64,000 nt of DNA from Pristiophorus japonicus (lineage: Eukaryota): contig NC_091985.1 of NCBI RefSeq assembly GCF_044704955.1, positions 201,314,001 through 201,378,000 on the forward strand, in the 5' to 3' direction. The position numbers and the translations under genes were made by a program. Every line of letters starts with the position of its first letter. Position 1 is the stretch's first letter. The notes beneath the pieces are model-generated. The model ran no database searches. It worked only from the letters and a program-made list of their open reading frames with translations, and had not been told where the DNA came from. Shown here piece by piece: positions 23,060-34,106 of the stretch.

Positions 23060-25029
23060 TATTCTGTACCTGTTAGTCTCTGGTATGGCTGTGGGGTTAA
23101 TCTGCACCTGTCAGCTGCTTTGTGAGTGTGGATTTTATTCTGTTCCTCTTGGTTCTGCTATATGAATGTGGGTTTAATATCTAACTGTCAGTTTTTGGTA
23201 CGTGAATGTGAGGTTTAATCTATACGTATCAGTTTCTGATATGAGTGTGGTCTTTAATCTGTACCTGTCAATTTCTGGTATATGACTGTGGGCTTTATTC
23301 TGTAACTGTCAGTTTCTGTTATATGACTGTGTATTTTATTCTGTACCTGTCAATTTCTGATGTATGACTGTGGGGTTAATCTGGAACTGTCAGTTTCTGC
23401 TATGTGAGTGTGGGTTTCTATTCTGCAACTGTCGGTTTCTGCCATATGTGTGTGGGTTTAATCTGTACCTGTCGGTATCTGATGTGTGAGTGTAGGTTTT
23501 ATCCTGTACCGGTCAGTGTCTGGTATGTGAATGTGGGGTGTAATCTGTACATATCAGATTCTAATATGCGAGTGGGTATTTTAATCTGTACCTGTCAGTT
23601 TCTGGTATATGAGTGTAGGGTGTAATCTGTACCTGTCAGTATCTGCTATATGAGTGTGGGTTACTATTCTGTACCCGTCAGTTTCTGATATATGAGTGCG
23701 TGTTTATTCTGTACCTGTCAGTTTCTGATATATTAATGTGTATTTTATTCTGTACCTGTCAGTCTCTGGTATGTGAGTGTGTTCTTTTTTTCTGTAACTG
23801 TCAGTTTATGATATGTGAGTGTGCATTTTATTCTATACATTTCAATCTCTGGTATGCGAGTGTGGGGTTTAATCTGTACCTACCAGTTTCTGGTATGCGA
23901 GTGTGGATTTTATTCTGCACCTGTCAGTTTCTGGTATATGAGTGTGTATTTTATTACCTGCCCATCTCTGGGATGTGAGTGTGTGTTTAACCTATACCTG
24001 TCAGTTTCTGGTATGTGAGTGTGTTTTAATTTGGACCTGTCAGTTTCTGGAATATGTATGTGTATTTTATTCGATACCTGTCAGTTTCTGATATATGAGT
24101 GTGCTGATTAATCTGTACCTGTCAGTTTCTGATATGAGCGTGAGGTTTAATCTGTACCTGGCAGTTTCTGGCATGTGAGTGTGCATGATATTCTGTACCT
24201 GTCAGTTTCTGGTATATGAGTGTGTGTTTAAATTGTGCCTGTCAGTTTTTGGTAAATGAGTGTGTGTTTAATCTGTACCTGTCAGTTTCTGGTTTACGAG
24301 TGTGGGTTTAATCTGTACCTGTCATTTCTGTATGAGTGTGGGTTTTATTCTGTATCTGTCAGTTTCTGGTAAAAATAAATGTGGGATTAATCTGTACCTG
24401 TCAGTTTCTGGTATTGGAGTGTTGGTTTTATCCCATAGCTGTCAGTGTCTGGTATATGAGTGTGGGTTTAATATGTAACCATCAGTTTCTGCTAAAAAGT
24501 GTGTGGTTTAATCTGTACCTGACAGTTTCTGGTCTGTGAGTGTGGGTTTTAATCTGTACCTATCAGTTTCTGGTGTGCAAGTGTGGGTTTTATTCTGTAT
24601 ATTTCAGTATCTCGTATATGAATCTGATCTGTTTCAATGGTGAAACAGCATTGGATCCTACCGCTCCAGTGGCCGTAAGATTCACAATGTAACTCAGCCA
24701 CTTCGGACCACTGTTGGAGTGACAGCTTCTGCTGCCTGTGATAATAGGATTGAGGCCGGTTCTGTGTCTCTGCGCTCTGTGAGTGATAATGCACTCACTG
24801 TGAGAAGGAGCTGCTTGCACTTTCCCCTGTATTCTAGGTGAAGGAAATATCAGATTTATACTGGCTCAATGAACTATTTTGCTTTGAGAATAATAATACC
24901 AGAAAAATATTAGTTATGATATGGACAACTGAGGCAGAGAATATAAAATAAAGTTGTAATGAATGGAAATGTTTATAATAAAGTAAAGTATCTGGAGAGA
25001 GGAAACCATGATACAAACAGTGTCCTTGT

Positions 25030-28000
25030 CACAGTTAACTCAGAGACTAGGGTCCTAAACTTAAAGAAAGGTAACTTCGATGGTATGAGACGTGAATTGG
25101 CTAGGATACTTAAAGGGTTGACGGTGGATAGGCAATGGCAGACACTTAAAGATCGCATGGATGACCTTCAACAATTGTACATCCTTGTCTAGCGTAAAGA
25201 TAAAACGGGGAAGGTGGCTCAACCGTGGCTAACAAGGGAAATTAGGGATAGTTTTAAAACCAAGGAAGAGGCATATAAGTTGGCCAGAAAAAGCAGCAAA
25301 CCTGAGGACTGGGAAAAATTTAGAATTCAGCAGAGGAGGACAAAGGGTTTAATTAGGAGGGGTAAAATAGAGTATGAGAGTAAGCTTGCTGGGAACATAA
25401 AAAGTGACTGAAAAAGCCTATATAGATATGTGAAGGGAAAAAGATTAATGAAGACAAATGTAAGTCCCTTGCAGTCAGAATCAGGTGAATTTATAATGGG
25501 GAACAAAGAAATGGCAGAACAATTGAACAAATACATTGGTTCTGTCTTCACTAAGGAAGACACAAATAACCTTTTGGAAATACTAGGGGCTGAGGGTCCA
25601 GCAAGAAAGAGGAACTGAAGTAAATCCTTATTAGTCAGGAAATTGTGTTAGGGAAATTGATGGGATTAAAGGCAGATAAATCACCAGGGCCTGACATTCT
25701 GCATCCCAGAGTACTGAAGGAAGTGGCCCTAGAAATAGTGGATACATTGGTGGTCATTTTCCAACATTCTATAGACTCTCAATCAGTTCCTATGGATTGG
25801 AGGGTAGCTAATGTAACCCCAATTTTTAAAAAAGGAGGGAGAGAAAACACGGAATTATAGACCGGTTAGCCTGACATCGGTAGTGGGGAAAATGTTGGAA
25901 TCAATTGTTAAAGACGTAATAGCAGCGCATTTGGAAAGCAGTGACAGGATCGGTCCAAGACAGCATGGATTTATGAAAGGGAAATCATGCTTGACAAATC
26001 TTCTCGAATTTTTTGAGAATGTAACTAGTAGAGTGGACAAGGGAGAACCAGTGGATACGTTATATTTGGACTTTCAAAAGGCTTTTGACAAGGTCCCATA
26101 CAAGAGATTAGTGTGCAAAATTAAAGCACATCGTATTGGGGCTAATATATTGACATGATAGAGAACTGGTTTGCAGACAGGAAGCAAAGAGTAGGAATGA
26201 ACGGGTCCTTTTCAGAATGGCAGGCAGTGACAGTGCTGGGACCCCAGCTATTTACAATATACATTAATGATTTGGACAAAGGAATTGAATGTAATATCTC
26301 CAAGTTTCCAGATGACACTAAGCTGGTGGCAGTGTGAGCTGTGAGGAGGAAGCTAAGAGGCTGCAGGGTGACTTGGACAAGTTAGGTGAGTGGACAAATG
26401 CATGGCAAATGCAGTATAATGTAGAAAGATGTGAAGTTATCCACTTTGGTGGCAAAAACAGGAAGGCAGAATATTATTTGAATGGTGACAGATTAGGAAA
26501 AGGGGAGATGCAACGAGACCTGAGTGTCATGGTGCATCAGTCATTGAAAGTTGGCATGCAGGTACAGCAGGCGCTGATGAAGGCAAATGGCATGTTTGCC
26601 TTCATAGCGAGAGGATTTGAGTATAGGAGCAGGGAGGTCTTACTGCAGTTGTACAGGGCCTTGGTGAGGCCACACCTTGGGGAGGGCATCAAACAGGAAA
26701 TTAGGGGTGCATGCAATAAAGGTGCAGCAGTTATTATGGGTGAATTTAATATGCATATAGATTGGGCTAACCAAACTGGAAGCAATACGATGGAGGAAGA
26801 TTTCCTGGAGTGCATAAGGGTTGGTTTTCTATACCAATATGTCGAGGAACCAACTCGGGGGGAGGCCATCTTAGACTGGGTGTTGTGCAACGAGAGAGGA
26901 TTAATTAGCAATCTCGTTGTGCGAGGACCCTTGGGGAAGAGTGACCATAATACGGTGGAAATCTACATTAGGATGGAGAATGAAACAGTTAATTCAGAGA
27001 CCATGGTCCAGAACTTAAAGCAGGGTAATTTTGAAGGTATGAGGCGTGAATTGTGTAGGATAGATTGGCGAATGATACTTAAGGGGTTGACAGTGGATGG
27101 GCAATGGCAGACATTTAGAGACCGCATGGATGAACTACAACAATGTATTTGTCTGGCGTAAAAATAAAAAAGGGAAGGTGGCTCAACCGTGGCTATCAAG
27201 GGAAATCAGGGAAATTGGCCAGAAATAGCAATGAACCCGGGGACTGGGAGAAATTTAGAACTCAGCAGAGGAGGACAAAGGGTTTGATTAGGGCAGGGAA
27301 AAAAAAAAGAGTACGAGAAGAAGCTTGCAGGGAACATTAAAACGGACTGCAAAAGCTTCAATAGATATGTAAAGAGAAAAAGGTTAGTAAAGACAAACGT
27401 AGGTCCCCTGCAGTCAGAATCAGGGGAAGTCATAACGGGGAACAGAGAAATGGCAGACCAATTGAACAAGTACTTTGGTTTGGTATTCACTAAGGAGGAC
27501 ACAAACAACCTTCCGGATATAAAAGGGGTCAGAGGGTCCAGTAAGAAGCAGGAACTGAGGGAAATCCTTATTAGTCAGGAAATTTGGTTGGGGAAATTGA
27601 TGGGATTGAAGGTCGATAAATCCCCAGGGCCTCATGGTCTGCATCCCAGAGTACTTAAGGAGGTGGCCTTGGAAATAGCGGATGCATTGACTGTCATTTT
27701 CCAGCATTCCATCGAGTCTGGATCAGTTCCGATGGAGTGGAGGGTAGCCAATGTAACCCCACTTTTTAAAAAAGGAGGGAGAGAGAAAACAGAGATTTAT
27801 AGACCGGTCAGCCTGACATCGGTAGTGGGTAAAATGATGGAATCAATTATTAAGGATGTCATAGCAGCGCATTTGGAAAGAGGTGACATGATAGGCCCAA
27901 GTCAACATGGATTTATGAAAGGGAAATCATGCTTGACAAATCTTCTGGCATTTTTTGAGGATGTTTCCAGTAGAGTGGACAAGGGAGAACCAGTTGATGT

Positions 28001-29185
28001 GGTGTATTTGGACTTTCAGAAGGCTTTCGACAAGGTCCCACACAAGAGATTAATGTGCAAAGTTAAAGCACATGGGATTGGGGGTAGTATGCTGACATGG
28101 AATGAGAACTGATTGGCAGACAGGAAGCAAAGAGTAGGAGTAAATGGGTACTTTTCGGAATGGCAGGCAGTGACTAGTGGGGTACTGTGCTGGGGCCCCA
28201 GCTGTTTACACTGTACATTAATGATTTAGACGAGGGGATTAAATGTAGTATCTCCAAATTTGCGGATGACACTAAGTTGGGTGGCAGTGTGAGCTGCGAG
28301 GAAGATGCTATGAGGCTGCAGAGTGACTTGGATAGGTTAGATGAGTGGGCAAATGCATGGCAGATGAAGTATAATGTGGATAAATGTGAGGTTATCCACT
28401 TTGGTGGTAAAAACAGAGAGACAGACTATTATCTGAATGGTGACAGATTAGGAAAAGGGGAGGTGCAACGAGACCTGGGTGTCATGGTACATCAGTCATT
28501 GAAGGTTGGCATGCAGGTACAGCAGGTGGTTAAGAAAGCAAATGGCATGTTGGCCTTCATAGCGAGGGGATTTGAGTACAGGGGCAGGGACATGTTACTA
28601 CAGTTGTACAGGGCCTTGGTGAGGCCACACCTGGTGTATTGTGTACAGTTTTAGTATCCTAACTTGAGGAAGGACATTCTTGCTATTGAGGGAGTGCAGC
28701 GAAGGTTCACCAAACTGATTCCCGGGATGGCAGAACTGACATATGAAGAAAGGCTGGACCGACTAGGTATTCACTGGAATTTAGAAGAATGAGAGGGGAT
28801 CTCAAAGAAACATATAAAATTCTGACAGGATTGGACAGATTAGATGCAGGAAGAATGTTTCTGATGTTGGGGAAGTGCAGAACCAGGGGTCACAGTCTCA
28901 GGATAAGGGGTAAGGCATTTAGGACCGAGAAGAGGAGAACTTCTTCACTCAGAATTGTGAACCTGTGGAATTCTATACCACAGAAAGTTGTTGAGGCCAG
29001 TTCGTTAGATATATTCAAAAGGGAGTTAGATGTGGCCCTTACGGCTAAAGGGATCAAGGGGTACGGAGAGAAAGCAGAAATGGGGTACTGAAGTTGCATG
29101 ATCAGACTTGATCATATTGAATGGTGGTGCAGGCTCGAAAGACCGTATGGCCTACTCCTGCACCTATTTTCTATGTTTCTATGTT
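25030..29185 (+). mobile_element. Composite CR1: one copy (25030-26676) joined to a second subfamily copy starting at 26677
   Basis: RT C-terminal LVRPHL fused directly to endonuclease GEGIKQEIRG; second RT domain follows; single (TTTCTATG) tail at ~29170-29185. Confidence 0.9.
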
Positions 29186-29559
29186 ACGGACCTCACTGCA
29201 GTACAGCGGCACTCAGATTTTCCACACCAGGTATGTAGCATGGTTTTATAGAAAGTTATCAGCATCCAGACACAATACAAATCCGGCACTGGTTCATGAA
29301 TGGGATCACCCGATTGATACAGTCGAGATTTATAACTTCCTCTCCCATAGGTCTACCTGTAAAATTCTGAATCACTTTCTGGATTGTAACTACAGGTACC
29401 TGGGCTGTACCACAATTGTTCTCAGTCTATTAGAACCAAGTTAAGGGCCTGTGCAGTCAACAGAATGTATCTCAGGGAGCGACAATGTATCTCTCGATCA
29501 CCTTCAACACGGTTCTGGAGAACTCAACGCACCGAAACAAAATTACCGAATTTGAAATG

Positions 29560-30090
29560 TCCACTTTCACACTTGTCTTGGTGCCTTCAATAGATGCACT
29601 TTGTGACACTCCTCACATCCTCACTGTCAAGCTGTGTTTCCACTGTTCAATGTCCAAGAAGAGCAGACACAGTGAGATTGGGAATCAGGAACATTTACTA
29701 CTGATTTGGTGAAAGAAAGCAGCAATGACTTGAAAGAGTGCGGTGATTAACTTTCTCTGTTGCCTTACACTGTACACACACAACCTGGGATATCTCCGCT
29801 CCCTTCCCCCACTCACTCCATGTTCCCAAACTACTTCCTGCTCCACTCTGCCTCTTACAAACAGCCCCCGATACCCCGACACAAAGCCCATTTACGGACA
29901 CAGTCTCAATGTGATGAGCTGCTGGAAGGAGGCTGCTGTTTGCTCCCTTCCTCGGGCCCGGGATATCTCCGCTCCCTGATGTGTTCAACGATCATCAGCC
30001 AAGCACAGAGGAAACAGCAGCCACTGGCAGAGCTGGGGGAGGGGAGGTCGCAAGGGCCCTTCCCGTCGGGTTAAACATTGGGCGGGGAGA
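29560..30090. repeat. Diverged duplicate of the 3840-4380 promoter region
   Basis: Colinear matches, e.g. cccttcccccactcactcca, aaagcagcaatga, ggcag(g/a)gctgggggaggg. Confidence 0.75.
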
Positions 30091-30315
30091 GGGTGCCGGG
30101 AAGGAGCAGGCAAGTATTTCAATGCTGGAGCGTGAAGTCTGGAGGCAGATCTGGAAGCTCAGAGGCCACTGTCTCTGCTCAACCTGTCACTCTGATTCTG
30201 GTTCCTCCTTGCCTCTCTCACACTCGCCTTCCTCAACCAGGTCCGGGCTGGCTTCATAAACACATCTGGATGGCGAGAGTTTATCATTCAATTTATGTTC
30301 CTGTGAAGAATTATG

Positions 30316-30627
30316 ATGTCTGGCCGAGGTAAAGGAGGCAAAGGACTGGGTAAAGGCGGAGCCAAACGCCACCGTAAAGTGCTCAGTGATAACATCCAGG
30401 ATATCACCAAACCTGCCATCTGCCACCTGGATCGCTGTGGCGGTGTCAAGTGGATCTCGGGCCTGATCTACGAGGAGACCCGCGGGGTGCTGAAGGTTTT
30501 CCTGGAGAATGTGATCAGGGATGTGGTCACCTATACTGAACACACCAAACGCAAAATGGTCACAGCCATGGATATGGTGTACGCTCTGAAGCGGCAGGGC
30601 CGCCCTCTCTATGGATTCGGCGGCTGA
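30316..30627 (+). pseudogene. Divergent H4 copy with open frame, probable pseudogene
   Basis: 12 substitutions versus H4 at 13376; promoter homologous to 13185-13320 but TATA decayed to CATAAA; no stem-loop downstream. Confidence 0.8.
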
Positions 30628-30686
30628 ACAACGAGATCCTGGGGCAGTTTGACTATTTTTCTGATCATTTTCTCACCAGATTGACA

Positions 30687-31460
30687 ATCATAGAATCATG
30701 GAAATTTACAGCACGGAAGGAGGCCATGTTCATGCCAGCCAACAGGAGGCTATCCAGCCTAATCCCACTTCCCAGCTCTAGGTCCGCAGGTTACAGCGCC
30801 TCAAGTGCACATCCAAGTACTTTTTAAAAACGTGGTGAGGGTTTCTGCCTCAGCCACCCTTTCAGGCAGTGAGCTCCAGACCCCCAACACCGTCTGGGTG
30901 GAGAAATCTCCCCTCAAATCACCTCTAAACCTTCTACCAATTACTTTAAATTTATGCACCTAGTTGTTGACCCCTCTGCTCGGAAATAGGCCCTTTCTAT
31001 TCACTATATCTAGGCCCCTCATAATTTTATACACCTCAGTCTCCTCTGTTTCAAGGAAAACAAACCCAGCCTATCCAATCTGTCCTCATAGCTAAGATTC
31101 TCCACTCCTGGCAACATCCTCGTAAATCTCCTCTGTACTCTCTCCAGTGCAATCACATCCTTCCTGTAATGCGGTGACCAGAACTGTGGCCTAACTAGTA
31201 TTTTATACAGTTCAAGCATAATCACCCCTCCTCTTGTATTCTATGCCTCAGCTAATAAAAACAAGCATTCCGTATGCCTTCTTATCCACCTGGCCTGCCA
31301 GCTTCAGGGATTTGTGGACATGCACTTGCTTTGTTCTTCTACACTTTTCAATGACCTACCATTTAATGTGTATTCCCTTTCCTTGTTAGCCCTCCCCAAA
31401 TGTATTACCTCACACTTCTCTGGATGGAATTCCATTTGCCACTGTTGTGCTCACCTGTGC
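30687..31460 (-). mobile_element. Older CR1-family 3' fragment
   Basis: atcatagaatc tail; WSPHYRKDVIALERVQRRFTRMLPG. Confidence 0.8.
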
Positions 31461-32989
31461 TCAATAAGATCACCTCACATTCTTCTAAACTCCAATGAAT
31501 ATAGGCCTAAACTGCTCAACCTTTCTTCATAACCCCCTCATCTCACGAATCAACCTCGTGAATCTTCTCTGAACTGCCTCCAATGCAGAGACCAAAACTG
31601 TATAAAGTACTCCAGGTGTGGTGTCACCAACACCCTGTACAGTTGTAGCAGGTCTTCCCTACTTTTGTAATCCATCCCCCTTGCAAAAGAGGCCAACATT
31701 CCATTTGCCTTCTTAATTACTTGCTGTACCTGCATGCTAACTTTTTGTGTTTCATGTACAAGGACCCGCAGATCCCTCTGTACTGCAGCATTTTCTAATC
31801 TTTCCCCATTTAAATAATTTGCTTTTATATTTTTCATACCAAAGTGGATAACCTCACATTTTCCCACATTATACTCTATTTCCCAAATTTTTGCTCAGTC
31901 ACTTAGCTTATCCATATCCCTTTGTAAATTCTTTGCATCTTCCTCACAAATTGCTTTTCCACCTATCTTTGTATCATCAGCAAATTAAACTACATTACTC
32001 TCGGTCCCTTCATCCAAGTCATTAATATAGATTGTAAATAGTTGAGTTCCCAGCACTGATCCCTGTGGCACCCCACTAGTTAGTTTGCCAACCTAAAAAT
32101 GACCTATTTATCCCAATTCTGTTTTCTGTTAGTTAGCCAATCCTCTATCCATGCCAATATATTACTCCCAATTCCGTGAGCTCTTATCTTGTGCAGTAAC
32201 CTTTTATGTGGCACCTTATCGAATGCCTTCTAGAAATCCAAATACATGACACCTACTGGTTCCCCTTTATCCACCCTGCTCATTACATCCTCAAAGAACA
32301 CCAATAAATTTGTCAAGCATGATTTCCCTTTCATAAAACCATGCTGACTCTGCTTGACTGTACCATGATCTTCTAAATGTCCTGCTGCTACTTCATCAAT
32401 AATGGACTCCAGCATTTTCCCAATGACTGATGTTCGGCTAACAGTTTCCTGCTTTCTGTCTCCCTCCTTTCTTAAATAGGGGAATTACATTTGCTGTTTA
32501 CCATTCAAAATCCAGGATCCAGGGATTTTTGGCAGATTACAACCAATGTAGCCGCCAACTCTGTAGCCACTTCTTTTAATACCATAGGATGCAGGCCATT
32601 AGGTCCAGGGGACTTGTCCATCTTGTCCCCTCCCCATAGCTCCTTGATTTTCCATTATTGGGATGCTTTTAGTGTCTTCTACAGTGAAGACCGATACAAA
32701 ATATTTGTTCAAATTCTCTGCCACTTCCGTTTTCCATTATTAATTACCCAGTCTCATCCTCTAAGGGACCAACTTAGCTACTCTCTTCCTTTTTATATAC
32801 CTATAGAATCTCTTACTGTCTCTTTTTATATTTCTTGCTAGTTTACTCTCAATCTATCTCCTTTCCCTTTTTTCTTTTTTAGTCGTCTTTTGCTCTTTTC
32901 TAAAAAGTTCCCAATCTTCTGGCCTTCCACTAATCTTCGCAACATTGTATGCTTTTGTTTTCAATTTGATGCCATCCATTACTTCTTAG
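31461..32989 (-). mobile_element. CR1 RT region (its 5' continuation is at 43935-44505 on +)
   Basis: QHGFMKGKSCLTNL, YLDF, GKCEVIHFG; junction CTAAGAA shared with 44499-44505. Confidence 0.85.
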
Positions 32990-34105
32990 AAACATAGAAA
33001 ATAGGTGCAGGAGTAGGCCATTCGGCCCTTCGAGCCTGCACCACCATTCGATAAGATCATGGCTGATCATTCACCTCAGTACCCCTTTCCTGCTTTCTCT
33101 CCATACCCCTTGATCCCTTTAGCCATAAGGGCCATATCTAACTCCCTCTTGAATATATCCAATGAAATGGCATCAACAACTCTCTGCGGTAGGGAATGCC
33201 ACAGGTTAACAACTCTCTGAGTGAAGAAGTTTCTCCTCATCTCAGTCCTAAATGGCTTACCCCTTATCCGTAGACTATGTCCCCTGGTCCTGGACTTCCC
33301 CAACATCGGGAACATTCTTCCTTCATCTAACCTGTCCAGTCCCATCAGATTTTTATATGTTTCTATGAGATCCCCTCTCATCCTTCGAAATTCCAGTGAA
33401 TACAAGCCCAGTCAATCCAGTCTCTCCTCATATGTCAGTCCAGCTATCCCGGGAATCAGTCTGGTTAATCTTCGCTGCACTCCCTCAATAGCAAGAACGT
33501 CCTTCCTCAGAATCGAAGACCAAAACTGAACACAATATTCCAGGTGAGGCCTCACTAAGGCCCTGTACAACTGCAGTAAGACCTCCCTGCTCCTATACTC
33601 AAATCCCCTAGCTATGAAGGCCAACATACCATTTGCCTTCTTCAGCACCTGCTGTACCTGCATGCCAACTTTCAATAACTGATGTTCCATGACATCCAGG
33701 TCTCGTTGCACCTCCCCTTTTCCTAATCTGCCACCATTCAGATAATATTCTGCCTTCGTGTTTTTGCCACCAAAGTGGATAACCTCACATTTATCCACAT
33801 TATACTGCATCTGCCATGTGTTTGCCCACTCACCTAACCTGTCCAAGTCACCCTGCAGCCTTTTAGCGTCCTCCTCACAGCTCACACTGCCACCCAGCTT
33901 AGTATCATCTGCAAACTTGGAGATATTACACTTAATTCCCTCATCCAAATCATTAATTTATACTGTAAATAGCTGGAGTCCCAGTACTGAGCCCTGCGGC
34001 ACCCCACTAGTCACTGCCTGCCATTCTGCAAAGGACCCATTTATCCCGACTCTGTGCTTCCTGTCTGCCAACCAGTTCTCTATCCACGTCAGTATATTAC
34101 CCCCA
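32990..34105 (-). mobile_element. CR1 3' portion (its 5' continuation is at 44506-44634 on +)
   Basis: ORFs 33412..33948 and 33076..33405; tail aaacatagaaaatagg. Confidence 0.92.
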
Positions 34106-34106
34106 G

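Larger units (their letters stand above)
21205..24625. repeat. ~40-bp satellite (TCTGTACCTGTCAGTTTCTGGTATATGAGTGTGGGTTTTAA)n, split by an RTE insertion (arrays 21205-21408 and 23060-24625)
   Basis: Dozens of diverged tandem units visible directly. Confidence 0.9.

Noticed and set aside
21205-24625. Regularly spaced repeats as a CRISPR array (also 1013-1470, 55747-56590, 59586-60327)
   Set aside because: Head-to-tail units without unique spacers, no cas genes, eukaryotic context
24626-25029. Unique non-repeat stretch after the satellite
   Set aside because: No ORF, RNA structure or motif I could support
26334-27161. 275-aa ORF with RT C-terminus fused to endonuclease as a novel gene
   Set aside because: Chance in-frame junction of two decayed CR1 copies
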